Source of the DNA: Candidatus Pacebacteria bacterium GW2011_GWA1_46_10
GTDB lineage: Bacteria > Patescibacteriota > Microgenomatia > UBA1400 > PJMF01
Length of the DNA stretch: 56,254 nucleotides
Assembly (NCBI GenBank): GCA_001002135.1
Contig: LCLP01000001.1
Span: 427,114 to 483,367, forward strand
Reading direction: 5' to 3'
Shown here: piece by piece, positions 39,152 to 49,540 of the stretch
Layout of the letters: every line of letters begins with the position of its first letter
How positions within the stretch are numbered: position 1 is the first letter of the stretch
Made by a program: the position numbers and the translations under genes
Notes under the pieces: model-generated
Databases searched by the model: none
Told to the model about the DNA's origin: nothing
The model's input: the letters and a program-made list of their open reading frames with translations, nothing else

Positions 39152-40597
39152 ATGAAAAAAGTGTTTGCGTGGGTTTCATCACCAACCGGCAGATTACTCT
39201 TGCTCATTGTAGTGGCGGCCATGGTCAGACTTTACCGGATTACCAACCCGGTGGCTGACTGGCACGCCTTCCGCCAAGCCGACACTGCCTCGGTCACTCG
39301 CGAATACATCAAGCGCGGAGTTGACTGGTTGCGCCCGCGTTACCAAGATCTTTCCAACATCCAATCTGGCCAAGACAACCTGGAAGGGTACAGGATGGTG
39401 GAGTTTCCATTAATTAATGGAGTGTTAGCAACACTGCTCAGGGCCATTCCCAGTCTGCCACTGGTACTCACCAGTCGATTGGCAACCGTGCTCATTTCAC
39501 TGGGCTCTCTCTGGTTTTTGGTTGATTTTGTCACCAAAATCACAGGCAACAAAACTGTCGGTTGGTTAAGTGGTCTCTTTTTTGCCCTTTTACCTTACAG
39601 TGTTTACTACTCACGCACTATTTTGCCAGAACCATACGTAATTTTCTTTAGTCTTGCCTCACTTTCCTGCCTCGTCAGTGCGCTCCAATTCAAACGACCA
39701 GTCGGCCAGTGGCAGTGGTGGGTCTCCGCCGTTTGTTTAAGTGTAGCTTTTCTGCTGAAACCATTTGTGGTTTTTCTAGCCCCAGTGTACGCAGTTATCA
39801 TTTGGCAGCAGCAATCTAAAATCAGGTACTCGCCTTGGTGGGTGGTATATGGCCTGTTAGCCGTGGCACCATTTCTCTGGTGGCGTTATTGGATTCAACA
39901 ATTTTCCAGTGGCATTCCAGCCGCCGATTGGCTTTTAAACGGTAACGGTATTCGCTTCCGCCCAGCCTGGTTTCGTTGGATTTTTTATGAGCGCTTCACC
40001 AAGTTGATTATGGGATATACAGGTATTGTGATCGCTGCTACTTCACTCTGGTACAAGGGGAGAGGCCAAGTAGTTTTGTGGGCTTGGTGGCTTGGTTTAA
40101 TCACCTATACAGCGGTGGTAGCCACTGGCAACGTTCAGCATGATTATTATCAAGTGATCTTCACTCCGCTGATCAGCTTTACGCTGGCGCTTGGCACTTG
40201 GCTACTCTGGCAAAAAAGCATTCAACTTATTTATAAAGCAGGAGTGATCACACTGATTGCCGTGTTGCTTGTGTTGTCCTGGCAACAGGTGGCTGGTTAC
40301 TTTAACGTCAATCATTGGGAGTACGTAGAAGCGGGGAGAGCCGTCGATCAACTGACCCCTCTTGACGCAAAAGTGATTGCTCCAGCCTTTGGTGACACTC
40401 ACTTCCTTTTTCAAACCAACCGCACTGGTTGGCCGATTGGCTTTGAAATCGATGACAAAATCAGTCAGGGCGCCACCCATTACGTCACCACTAGTTTTGA
40501 CGATGAAGCACAAGAACTGGAAAGTCGTTTCGCCACAGTGGTTAAAACTGATCGCTACCTTATCCTTAACCTCACTCAACCAAAGGAGAAACAGTAA
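39152..40597 (+). CDS. ArnT/GT39-like GT-C glycosyltransferase
   Basis: WHAFRQADT, EFP, YYSRTILPE, LLKP, HDYYQ. Confidence 0.85.
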   Translation: MKKVFAWVSSPTGRLLLLIVVAAMVRLYRITNPVADWHAFRQADTASVTREYIKRGVDWLRPRYQDLSNIQSGQDNLEGYRMVEFPLINGVLATLLRAIPSLPLVLTSRLATVLISLGSLWFLVDFVTKITGNKTVGWLSGLFFALLPYSVYYSRTILPEPYVIFFSLASLSCLVSALQFKRPVGQWQWWVSAVCLSVAFLLKPFVVFLAPVYAVIIWQQQSKIRYSPWWVVYGLLAVAPFLWWRYWIQQFSSGIPAADWLLNGNGIRFRPAWFRWIFYERFTKLIMGYTGIVIAATSLWYKGRGQVVLWAWWLGLITYTAVVATGNVQHDYYQVIFTPLISFTLALGTWLLWQKSIQLIYKAGVITLIAVLLVLSWQQVAGYFNVNHWEYVEAGRAVDQLTPLDAKVIAPAFGDTHFLFQTNRTGWPIGFEIDDKISQGATHYVTTSFDDEAQELESRFATVVKTDRYLILNLTQPKEKQ

Positions 40598-41796
40598 TGA
40601 AAGTTTTGATGCTGACGCCTTATTTGCCATACCCACTGCTGTCGGGCGGACAAATTCGCACCTACAATTTGCTGAAAAAACTAGCCAAAAAACATGACAT
40701 TACTTTGTTCGCTTTGATTAAAAATGAGAACGAAAAACAATACATTGCCGAACTAGAAAAGTACTGCCGAAAAGTGCGTGTTTTCAAACGCTCAGAAAAA
40801 CCATTCACCCTGCAAAATGTACTGAAAGCAGTTTTTTCTTCCTACCCATTCCTGGTCACTCGAAACCATGTCCCGGAAACCATCAATGCCATCAAGCAAG
40901 AGCTCGCTGCCGGCCAGTATGACCTCATTCACTCAGAAACATTTTACATGATGCCGCATCTGCCAAAAAATAACGTGCCGACTATTTTAGTGGAACAGAC
41001 CATCGAATACCTCGGTTATGAAAGTTACGCTAAGAAAGTGTGGCCAATTTTACGACCACTGCTGGCCATCGATATTGCCAAAATCAAACGCTGGGAGCGC
41101 TACTATTGGGAGTTGTGCGACCAGTTGATTGTGATGAGTCCCGAGGATAAAGACTTTATCGGCCAGCAAATCAAAGATCACCGTAAAATTAAGGTCGTTG
41201 CCAACGGCGTTGATGCTGCTTGGTTTGACGAAGTCCCCCGGGAGCTCCCCAAAAACCCCACTGTTTTATCAGTCGGTACCTTTAAATGGCTACCGAACAT
41301 TGAGGCTGTTGATTTTCTTGTTCAAAAAATCTGGCCACAAGTCAGAAAGACCGTCAACAATGCTCAACTGCTGATCGTCGGCAACGCTCCCACCGCCAAG
41401 GTAGAAAACTATGGCAAACAAGATACCAGCATTCATGTCCTTGGTCGTATTACTGATATCCGCACCGCCTTTAAACAGTCGCATGTCTTAGTGGCACCGG
41501 TCTTCAGTGGCACTGGCACTCGCTATAAAATCCTAGAAGCCATGGCCAGCGGCACGCCAGTAGTGGCCAGCAAAATTGCCGTGGAGGGCTTGGGGGTAAC
41601 GCATGGCACCAATGTGCTCACCAGTAATTCGGCCGAGGAAATGGCTGACTCTATCATTAAATTACTGCAAAATAAAAAACTCTGGAAAAAATTATCTGAA
41701 CAAGGCAGGCAGTTTGTTCACAAAAACTTTGACTGGCAAGAGATTTCGCAAAAACTTGATATGATTTATAAAGCAATTGGCGAAAAAAGGAATTAA
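40597..41796 (+). CDS. GT4 family glycosyltransferase
   Basis: PYPLLSGGQIR, VANGVD, GTFKWLPN, GTGTRYKILEAMASG. Confidence 0.92.
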   Translation: MKVLMLTPYLPYPLLSGGQIRTYNLLKKLAKKHDITLFALIKNENEKQYIAELEKYCRKVRVFKRSEKPFTLQNVLKAVFSSYPFLVTRNHVPETINAIKQELAAGQYDLIHSETFYMMPHLPKNNVPTILVEQTIEYLGYESYAKKVWPILRPLLAIDIAKIKRWERYYWELCDQLIVMSPEDKDFIGQQIKDHRKIKVVANGVDAAWFDEVPRELPKNPTVLSVGTFKWLPNIEAVDFLVQKIWPQVRKTVNNAQLLIVGNAPTAKVENYGKQDTSIHVLGRITDIRTAFKQSHVLVAPVFSGTGTRYKILEAMASGTPVVASKIAVEGLGVTHGTNVLTSNSAEEMADSIIKLLQNKKLWKKLSEQGRQFVHKNFDWQEISQKLDMIYKAIGEKRN

Positions 41797-41797
41797 A

Positions 41798-42685
41798 ATG
41801 ACGAAAAAAACTGACCAAGCAGATTTAACGATTGTGGTTTTAAGTTTTAATACTCAGTTTTGGTTGAAAAAAACCTTAACCACTCTCAAAGAGTTTTACC
41901 TTGATAAAACCAAGTATAAAGTAGCTGTGATTGTGGTCGATAACGCCAGCACCGATGGCTCACCGACCATGGTCAAAAAGGAGTTTCGCTGGGTGAAGCT
42001 CATTCAGTCAACGGGAAACGTTGGTTTCGCCGCCGGTAACAACATCGCCCTCCAAAAACTCACCTCGCGGTATGGCATGCTGTTAAACAGCGACACCGAG
42101 TTTCACCACGGCTCAAACTTGGATGTTTTAATCGAATACCTTGATGAACACCCAACAGTTGGGTTGATTACTCCTCGCGTCGAACTACCCAATGGCCGAG
42201 TGGATATGGCTTCACACCGCGGAGAACCAACTCCTTGGACCTCGTTAACGTACTTCCTTGGTTTGGAAAAGCTTTTCCCTCACAGCCATTTATTTGGTCA
42301 ATACCATCAAACCTATCGCAATATGCAGGAAATTCACGAAATCGATGCTTGTACCGGAGCAGCGATGATGTTTCCCGTCAAATTGATGCAAAAAAAAGTC
42401 GGTTACTTAGATGAGCAATTTTTCATGTACGCCGAGGATTTAGACTGGTGTCGACGTTTCCGTGAAGCTGGCAAAAAGGTGATCTATCACCCGGGCGCCC
42501 AAATTACTCACCACAAATACAAATCCGGCATTAAAAGCTCGTCCACCAGGTTCTCCAAGAAAGTTCACAACATGTTTTACGACACTATGCTGATGTATTA
42601 CGACAAGTGGTATGCCGCTCAATACCCCAAACTTTACCGGACCCTCTTGCGGGCATTTTTATTTGTTAAAAAGGGTGGATTGTAA
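41798..42685 (+). CDS. GT2 glycosyltransferase (WbbL-like)
   Basis: VDNASTDG, NVGFAAGNN, LLNSD, FFMYAEDLDWC. Confidence 0.92.
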   Translation: MTKKTDQADLTIVVLSFNTQFWLKKTLTTLKEFYLDKTKYKVAVIVVDNASTDGSPTMVKKEFRWVKLIQSTGNVGFAAGNNIALQKLTSRYGMLLNSDTEFHHGSNLDVLIEYLDEHPTVGLITPRVELPNGRVDMASHRGEPTPWTSLTYFLGLEKLFPHSHLFGQYHQTYRNMQEIHEIDACTGAAMMFPVKLMQKKVGYLDEQFFMYAEDLDWCRRFREAGKKVIYHPGAQITHHKYKSGIKSSSTRFSKKVHNMFYDTMLMYYDKWYAAQYPKLYRTLLRAFLFVKKGGL

Positions 42686-42688
42686 AGC

Positions 42689-43789
42689 ATGAAGCGAATT
42701 GGTGTCGATTGTCGGTTAGCAGGCACAAAACACGCCGGTATTGGCCGGTACATCGAAAACTTCATCCGCAGGGCGGTCAAAGAAAAAACCTTTCAGTGGG
42801 TGCTTTTTTTTCACGACCAACCCCAAGCCCAAGCAGTGCTACCTGGTAAATTGCCCCACGTAAAACGAGTCTATATCCCAGTCAAACACTACTCCCTCAA
42901 AGAACAATGGACGTTACCAAGGGTCTTCCTCAAAGAAAAACTTGATCTGTTGCACATCCCGCATTTTAATATTCCCTTGTTTTATCCGAAAAAAATAGTG
43001 GTAACAATCCACGATTTGCTGTGGCATGAACAGCGAGGGGTAACCGTGACCACCTTGCCCACTTGGCAATACTGGTTTAAATATTTGGGGTACCGCTTGA
43101 CAGTCAGTCAAGCGCTGAAACGAGCCCAACGTGTCTTTGTCCCTACCCAAACAGTCAAAAACATCGTCAAGAAATACCGCCCTCGAGTCTTAAGTAAAAT
43201 CGTCGTCACCCCAGAGGGCGTAGCCCAAGAGTACTTACTGGCTGCTCGACAAAAAACCGCACCTCAACCAGCAAAACAATTAGTCTACACCGGGTCTTTT
43301 TACCCACACAAAAACGTCCGACTAGTCATTCAGGCTTTGCCGTTTCTACCCAACTTTAAACTTATTTTGGTCGGTGCCCGCAATGCTTTTCAAAAAGACC
43401 TTGAAATGTACATTCAACACCATCAATTAGAAAAAAGAATCGAGTTTGCTGGCTTCTTGAATGACAAAGAGCTCATTAAACTCTATCAGCGCTCTTACGC
43501 GCTCGTCGTGCCTTCTTTATCTGAAGGTTTTGGCCTGCCGGGACTGGAAGCGATGGCTGTTGGACTGCCCGTGGTAGCCTCAGATATTGCCGTTTTTCGA
43601 GAGGTTTATGGGAGCGCCGCTGCCTATTTCAATCCGCGCTCAGTCTCAGAACTCGTCGAGATACTCCATACTTTAGAACCTTCTCGCTCCATATTGATAG
43701 CGGCCGGCCGGCAAAGAGTCCAACAGTTTAGTTGGGATACGATGGTACAACAAACGGTCAACCAGTACCGAGCCGTTCTGTCTGCGTAA
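42689..43789 (+). CDS. GT4 family glycosyltransferase
   Basis: GIGRY, VTIHDL, PHKN, PSLSEGFGLPGLEAM, FSW. Confidence 0.93.
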   Translation: MKRIGVDCRLAGTKHAGIGRYIENFIRRAVKEKTFQWVLFFHDQPQAQAVLPGKLPHVKRVYIPVKHYSLKEQWTLPRVFLKEKLDLLHIPHFNIPLFYPKKIVVTIHDLLWHEQRGVTVTTLPTWQYWFKYLGYRLTVSQALKRAQRVFVPTQTVKNIVKKYRPRVLSKIVVTPEGVAQEYLLAARQKTAPQPAKQLVYTGSFYPHKNVRLVIQALPFLPNFKLILVGARNAFQKDLEMYIQHHQLEKRIEFAGFLNDKELIKLYQRSYALVVPSLSEGFGLPGLEAMAVGLPVVASDIAVFREVYGSAAAYFNPRSVSELVEILHTLEPSRSILIAAGRQRVQQFSWDTMVQQTVNQYRAVLSA

Positions 43790-44959
43790 ATGTCAAAAAC
43801 AGTTTCTCCTTCCATTGCGCTGGTCTACGATCGAGTGAATACTCCTCATGGTGGGGCAGAAAATGTTTTGCTGGCCCTCCACCAAGCTTTTCCCACAGCC
43901 CCGCTGTTTACTGCTCTGTATCACCCAAAAACCACCGCCTGGGCGCAGCAGTTTCCGGCAGTTTACCCCAGCTTCTTAAACAAACTGCCGTTGTTGCGCT
44001 CACTGCACCGCTGGCTGGCTTGGCTGATGCCACTGGCTTTTGAGTCGTTTGATTTAAAAGCTTTTGACATTGTTATTTCAGTCACGAGTGCTGAGGCCAA
44101 GGGCATAATTACTCATCCCCACCAACTCCATCTTTGTTATTTACTCACTCCGCCAAGGTATCTCTACCAAGATCGAGAACACAGTTTGGCTTCGCACTGG
44201 TTATTACGACTGCCGCTCGTTCACCAACTTGCTCAACTTTGGCTCAATTACCTCACTTGGTGGGACCAGGCGGCCATTTTCCGCCCCGACGCGGTGATCC
44301 CGATTTCACGCCGAGTGGCCAACCGGATCAAACAGTATTATCCTGCTCTCAAATCCCGACCAGTCATCTATCCGCCGGTTGACGTCATCACCACCCAAAC
44401 TACTCTCCCACACCCATTCCAAGGTCAATCGTATTTCCTCAGTATTTCTCGTTTAGTCAGTCATAAACACCTTGATTTAGCTATCAAGGCGTGCGCCAGA
44501 CTGAAACAAAACCTGGTCATAGTAGGAGAAGGCCCAGAGTTGGCTAGACTACAACGAATAGCGGCGGCCACTGCCGACCAACACCAAGTAGTTTTTCTCT
44601 CCTCGGTTGACAATCAGCAGCTTCAGGCTTTGTACACGCACTGCCAAGCCCTGCTTATGCCTGGAGAAGAAGATTTTGGTATTGTGGCGCTGGAGGCTAA
44701 CGCCTTTGGCAAACCGGTGATTATCAACCAAAACAGTGGGGCAGCAGAGCTGATTAAGCCTAGTGTACACGGCATTTATCTCGCCGACGGAACGGTGGAG
44801 GCTGTCGTAACAGCCCTGCAAAAATTCAATCAAACTCAGTTTTTCACCCACACACTTCGACAAAATTCATTAAAATATGGTACAAATAACTTCATTCGCG
44901 CCTTTGTGAGCACCGTCAAGGAAGCTTGGAAAACATATCAAACAAAGTATGACCAATAA
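43790..44959 (+). CDS. GT4 family glycosyltransferase (WbaZ-like mannosyltransferase type)
   Basis: GGAENVL, VIYPPVD, SRLVSHK, EEDFGIVALEA. Confidence 0.9.
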   Translation: MSKTVSPSIALVYDRVNTPHGGAENVLLALHQAFPTAPLFTALYHPKTTAWAQQFPAVYPSFLNKLPLLRSLHRWLAWLMPLAFESFDLKAFDIVISVTSAEAKGIITHPHQLHLCYLLTPPRYLYQDREHSLASHWLLRLPLVHQLAQLWLNYLTWWDQAAIFRPDAVIPISRRVANRIKQYYPALKSRPVIYPPVDVITTQTTLPHPFQGQSYFLSISRLVSHKHLDLAIKACARLKQNLVIVGEGPELARLQRIAAATADQHQVVFLSSVDNQQLQALYTHCQALLMPGEEDFGIVALEANAFGKPVIINQNSGAAELIKPSVHGIYLADGTVEAVVTALQKFNQTQFFTHTLRQNSLKYGTNNFIRAFVSTVKEAWKTYQTKYDQ

Positions 44960-46052
44960 AAATAATGTCTTTGCAGTGATTTTGGCAGGTGGTGGTGGGA
45001 CCAGACTGTGGCCAAAATCCAGAAACAAAACCCCCAAACAGTTCTTAAAGTTAGTCGAACAACGCACCATGATGCAGGTGGCAGCTGATCGGGTAGCCAA
45101 GATTGTTGATTGGAATAACATCATTGTCGTCACCAACAAGCTGTACTACCAAGAGGTGGTTGATCAGCTGCCCCAAGTTCGCGAAGGCAACATCATCGCT
45201 GAGCCAGAAAAAAGAGATACTGCACTGGCCATGTTGGTCGGTGCTTTGTTTGCCAAAAGTCAAGATCCACAAGCAGTGGTTATCAACGCCGCCTCAGACC
45301 ACACCGTCACCAACGAGAGAGAGTTTATACGAGTGATGAACGCCGCTGTAAAAACTGCTGCCGAGAATGATTTCCTCGTCACGGTCGGCATCACTCCGAC
45401 TTTTGCGACCAGTGCCTTGGGATACATTAAGATTAGCGAAGACTTGAAAAAACTTGACCACGGCTTGTCACTTTTTAAAGTTAAAAGCTTCACTGAAAAA
45501 CCAAACATCGCCACCGCTCGAGCTTTCATCGCGACCGGCAAATATTTTTGGAACGCCAATATGTATGTTTGGTCGGCCAAATCGATTAAAGAGGCTTTCA
45601 AAAAACACATGCCACAGATGTACAAATTGACTGCCAAACTTGACAGCCTCAGCGCTAAAGCCTTCCATGATGCCTTGCCAGCCGTTTATAAAAGTGCCGA
45701 GAGTATTTCCATCGACTACGCCGTCAGTGAAAAAGCTGATAACCTGGTGTTAATCCCCGGCGACTTTGGCTGGAGCGATGTGGGAGACTGGAAAGTCGTC
45801 TATGACCTCGGTGTAAAAGACGGCGCTGATAACGTGGTCACCGGTGAAGCCGACGAGCAAAAAGTGCTCACGCTTGATTCTCGGCGCAACCTGATTCACA
45901 CCAACAACAGTTTGGTGGCCATCGTTGGTTTGGAAGATATGATTGTGGTTGATACCGGCGAAATTCTGATGATTTGCCCGAAAAATCGTAGCCAAGACGT
46001 GAAAAACCTGGTAGAAAAACTGAAAAAAGAAAACCGTAAAGAGTATCTCTAA
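44949..46052 (+). CDS. manC: Mannose-1-phosphate guanylyltransferase
   Basis: ILAGGGGTRLWPKSR, PKQFL, EPEKRDTA, FTEKP, WNA, SIDYAVSEK, WSDVGDW. Confidence 0.93.
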   Translation: MTNKNNVFAVILAGGGGTRLWPKSRNKTPKQFLKLVEQRTMMQVAADRVAKIVDWNNIIVVTNKLYYQEVVDQLPQVREGNIIAEPEKRDTALAMLVGALFAKSQDPQAVVINAASDHTVTNEREFIRVMNAAVKTAAENDFLVTVGITPTFATSALGYIKISEDLKKLDHGLSLFKVKSFTEKPNIATARAFIATGKYFWNANMYVWSAKSIKEAFKKHMPQMYKLTAKLDSLSAKAFHDALPAVYKSAESISIDYAVSEKADNLVLIPGDFGWSDVGDWKVVYDLGVKDGADNVVTGEADEQKVLTLDSRRNLIHTNNSLVAIVGLEDMIVVDTGEILMICPKNRSQDVKNLVEKLKKENRKEYL

Positions 46053-46679
46053 ATGACATACGAACAACAAAAACGCCTCCTCGATCTCGTCGTGGCGACC
46101 TTGCTGATCATCGCTTTTCTGCCATTCTGGATTATTATCCCCATTTTAATTATTTTCGACTCAGGCTTGCCAATTCTTTTTCAGCACCAGCGCATCGGTA
46201 AAGGCGGCCGAGAGTTTCAGATCAATAAGTTTCGCTCCATGGTTCCCGGTGCTCACGAACTGCTGCATAAGCGAAACAAACGCTTGCTGAGAAAGTTTAA
46301 AGATGGCGACTGGAAAATTGCCGCCAAAGAAGACCCTCGCATTACTCGATTGGGCAGACTCTTAAGGGCTCTTACTATTGATGAGTTTCCCCAACTGTTT
46401 AACGTCTTGAGGGGGGAGATGAGTATGGTTGGACCGCGTGCCTATATGAGATCTGAACTAAAAGAACAAACGAAAAAATATCCTGAAACTCGTCAGTACA
46501 TCAAAAAAATCCTTTCGATTAAACCCGGCATCACTGGACCCTGGCAAACCAGCGGCCGCAATGAAATTCCATTTGCCAAACGGGCTAAAATGGACGCAGA
46601 GTATGCCAGTAACCTCGCGCTCTGGAAAGACATCCAAATCCTGCTGAAAACCCCTAAAGCCATGATCTCTAAGTGGTAG
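46053..46679 (+). CDS. Priming phosphoglycosyltransferase (Bac_transf)
   Basis: KRLLD, KFRSM, DPRITRLG, IDEFPQLFNVLRGEMSMVGPR, KPGITG. Confidence 0.95.
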   Translation: MTYEQQKRLLDLVVATLLIIAFLPFWIIIPILIIFDSGLPILFQHQRIGKGGREFQINKFRSMVPGAHELLHKRNKRLLRKFKDGDWKIAAKEDPRITRLGRLLRALTIDEFPQLFNVLRGEMSMVGPRAYMRSELKEQTKKYPETRQYIKKILSIKPGITGPWQTSGRNEIPFAKRAKMDAEYASNLALWKDIQILLKTPKAMISKW

Positions 46680-46708
46680 CAGCTGGGGAATTTTTGTATA
46701 CTATGGTA

Positions 46709-48784
46709 ATGACTGAGCAACCTCCCGTCCAGCCAAGTGCTTCTGCTCCCTCTCCTCAAAACGTTCACACTGTTTCACTTGATGACACTCCAACATCAGT
46801 GGAAACTCAACCGACAGCTAACCCAACTAAACCAACTAAACCAACTAAACCAACTTGGCAAACCCGTCTCATGGTAATTTTCCGACGAAAAAAAATAACC
46901 AAGAATAATACTGATAAACCAACTAAATTTAAACTCTCTAAACGAGGAAAAATTATCCTGGCTACCGTGGTTGGTTTATTAATGGTGATCAGTGTTTACA
47001 CCAGCATCGTCGGTCTGCGTTTTAAAACTCAAGCGGCAGAGGCTCAAACCCACGCCCGAGCAGCACTCGATGCTTTCAAAACGCAGAACTTACCTGGTGC
47101 CGAACAAGAGTTAATCGCCCTGCGAGATTCGATCGGCAACTTACAAAAAACCTATCGCTCACTGGTTTTTTATAACTTTCTACCCTTGACCCGCGGCTAT
47201 TACCAAGATGGTCAACACGCGCTTAATGCAGCCGATGCTGGTGTGGCGGCCGGCATTAAAGCCGCGCAAGAAATTACTCCCTATGCTGACGTGCTTGGTT
47301 TCCAAGGCGAAGGCTCATTTACTGGCGGGACGGCCGAAGATCGGATTCGGCTTATCATTGAAACACTCGATAAAATCATGCCGGCTTTCGATGAGATTGC
47401 CCAAAACCTCCAAACTGTTGATGCCGAAATCAGTGCCATCAACCCCCGTCACTATCCCAAAAGTTTTCGTGGCACACTGGTGAGAGAAAAAATCGCTGAC
47501 ACTCAAACCACATTGAGTAACGGCGTGAAGGGTTTTATCAGCTTTCGACCAGTCCTCGAACAACTGCCGGATTTAGCCGGCGGTAAAGGGCAACGAAAAA
47601 AGTATTTAATCTTGTTCCAAAACGACAACGAACTAAGACCAACTGGAGGATTCTTGACCGCCTATGCGGTGGTGTTTGTAGAAAACGGCAAAGTCACTCC
47701 AGAAAAATCTGATGACATTTATGAACTGGACCAAAAATTCACAAAACGTATTCCCATCCCTGACGCACTGGGTAAATATTTAACCACTGAGCGGTATTGG
47801 AACCTGCGAGACATGAACATTTCACCTGACTTTAAGACATCAATGGATCAATTTTTTACCCACTATCAAGAGGTGAGGGGAGAGCCGGGTGATATTAACG
47901 GCATTATTGCCGTCGACACCGTCGTACTGGCTGACTTACTCAAGATTCTTGGCCCGGTGCAAGTTGGTGGTAGCACCTTTAGCGCTGAGCCAGAAGATCG
48001 CTGTGATGGCTGTGCTCAAGTGGTCTATGCTTTGTCAGAAATCATCACGCGACCAACCCCATACTTGCGTGAAGACCGTAAGGGCATCCTTGGCCCATTG
48101 ATGCAAGCCACTCTTCAAAAAGCCTACAGTGCTCCCAAAGAGCTTTGGCCACAATTATTCGAGACCATGTGGCAAGAGCTTGAAGGCAGACACATTCAGC
48201 TCTACTTCTTGGCAGAATCGGCACAAACTGCCGCGGAAGCAGTCAACGGCGCCGGCCGACTCTTGCCGCCGGCAGAGGATCATGATTTTTTGGGGATCGT
48301 GGACGCCAACCTAGGTGGTGCTAAGTCGAATCTCTACACCGAGTACGAGGTCAAACAAACTGTTACTTCGCCGGAAAATGGTCAACTAACCAAAACTGTT
48401 GAGATTACCTACAAAAATACCCGCCGCGCTGACAACTGTAACCTCGAGGCTGGTCAATTGTGTCTGAATGGCACACTGCGCGACTGGTCGCGGCTCTACG
48501 TACCAAAAGGTGCCCAGTTAGTTGAAGCCCAAGGTTTCACGGCCGAGCCGAGTGTTTATGAAGAAAATGGCCTAACTGTCATTGATGGCTTTTTTATTCT
48601 CGAGCCTCTGGGCACTGCCAAGCTGCGCCTCACCTACACCGTACCGTATACCAACGAAGAAACTTACCGCATTCAACTCTGGAAACAAGGTGGTATCGAT
48701 CCCTTCACCACTCTCTTTGACGTCAACGGCGGCGAAGAACAGGTAATAGTGGCCAAAGACACCCTGGTTGAGATTCCGTTTTAA
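46709..48784 (+). CDS. DUF4012-like membrane-anchored surface protein
   Basis: Low-complexity N-terminus, one TM, helical region, YLILFQNDNELRPTGGF, RDMNISPDF, NLGGAKSN; start at 46703 or 46709. Confidence 0.85.
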   Translation: MTEQPPVQPSASAPSPQNVHTVSLDDTPTSVETQPTANPTKPTKPTKPTWQTRLMVIFRRKKITKNNTDKPTKFKLSKRGKIILATVVGLLMVISVYTSIVGLRFKTQAAEAQTHARAALDAFKTQNLPGAEQELIALRDSIGNLQKTYRSLVFYNFLPLTRGYYQDGQHALNAADAGVAAGIKAAQEITPYADVLGFQGEGSFTGGTAEDRIRLIIETLDKIMPAFDEIAQNLQTVDAEISAINPRHYPKSFRGTLVREKIADTQTTLSNGVKGFISFRPVLEQLPDLAGGKGQRKKYLILFQNDNELRPTGGFLTAYAVVFVENGKVTPEKSDDIYELDQKFTKRIPIPDALGKYLTTERYWNLRDMNISPDFKTSMDQFFTHYQEVRGEPGDINGIIAVDTVVLADLLKILGPVQVGGSTFSAEPEDRCDGCAQVVYALSEIITRPTPYLREDRKGILGPLMQATLQKAYSAPKELWPQLFETMWQELEGRHIQLYFLAESAQTAAEAVNGAGRLLPPAEDHDFLGIVDANLGGAKSNLYTEYEVKQTVTSPENGQLTKTVEITYKNTRRADNCNLEAGQLCLNGTLRDWSRLYVPKGAQLVEAQGFTAEPSVYEENGLTVIDGFFILEPLGTAKLRLTYTVPYTNEETYRIQLWKQGGIDPFTTLFDVNGGEEQVIVAKDTLVEIPF
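46823..46855 (+). repeat. 9-bp tandem repeat (CCAACTAAA) x3.7, encoding PTK repeats
   Basis: Seen directly; one further copy at 46919-46927. Confidence 0.9.
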
Positions 48785-48785
48785 G

Positions 48786-49328
48786 ATGAGTAAACCAAAA
48801 ACGTTTATGACTGAGGGCTTGGTGCTCAAGCGCACCAACGTCGGCGAAACTGATCGAGTGGTGACGTTTCTCACTCGCGATTTCGGTAAATTGGTGGGCG
48901 TTGCCAAGGGTATTCGCTCACTCAAATCCAGCCGACGAGCACACTTGGAACCCGGCAACTACGTTAAAATTTTCGGTGCTTATACCAAGTCACTGCCACT
49001 CATCACCCAAGCCACTCCACTAGAAGATAATGGCACTTCACGCCAATCGCTTGCCAATGTTCGTCGCCTTACTCAAATCTTAGAAGTTTTGGATCGGCTC
49101 TTTGTGGAAGGGGACACTGATCAGGTTGCTTACTTACGCGCGATTGAACTTCGCCGAGCGGTACTTAAACAAGCCTCCTTTAAAACTTTACAAAGCTTGC
49201 TTGGCAAGCTATTGGAACACTTAGGGTACCAAGATTATCGCCAAACCGCTCATAGCTCGGTGCTTGATTATGTAGCCGAAATCACTGAAAAAAAGATGAA
49301 GAGTTTTGATTACCTTCAAGTGAAATAA
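48786..49328 (+). CDS. recO: DNA repair protein RecO
   Basis: EGLVLKR..VGETDRVVTFLTRDFGKL..VAKGIR N-terminal OB motif; upstream of glyS. Confidence 0.9.
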   Translation: MSKPKTFMTEGLVLKRTNVGETDRVVTFLTRDFGKLVGVAKGIRSLKSSRRAHLEPGNYVKIFGAYTKSLPLITQATPLEDNGTSRQSLANVRRLTQILEVLDRLFVEGDTDQVAYLRAIELRRAVLKQASFKTLQSLLGKLLEHLGYQDYRQTAHSSVLDYVAEITEKKMKSFDYLQVK

Positions 49329-49351
49329 GCCTGGAAAGTTATCCTATAATA

Positions 49352-49380
49352 TTGACTTTTTCTGTTTCAAGCACTATAAT
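49352..49380 (+). promoter_or_regulatory. Near-consensus sigma70 promoter
   Basis: TTGACT-N17-TATAAT. Confidence 0.8.
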
Positions 49381-49387
49381 TTCTTGT

Positions 49388-49527
49388 TGTAAAACACCAG
49401 TTTAACTAGCGATTGCCGCCAGTCAAAGCAAAGTGTTTTGCACCTTAATAAAATAGATCATGTCTCTTTTTGGACTGGTTGAATTTAATGCTCCCGACCT
49501 TAAAGGGGGCATTAAACAAACCAGTTC
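49388..49527 (+). ncRNA. Structured 5' leader or unknown cis-regulatory RNA (two long hairpins)
   Basis: TGTAAAACAC(49388-97)/GTGTTTTGCA(49433-42); GGACTGGTT(49472-80)/AACCAGTTC(49519-27) enclosing TTTAATGCTCCC/GGGGGCATTAAA. Confidence 0.5.
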
Positions 49528-49540
49528 TGAGGAGAAAACC

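Noticed and set aside
46823-46927. Repeat as a CRISPR array or iteron
   Set aside because: The unit is only 9 bp, has no spacers and lies in frame within a CDS; no cas genes are present.
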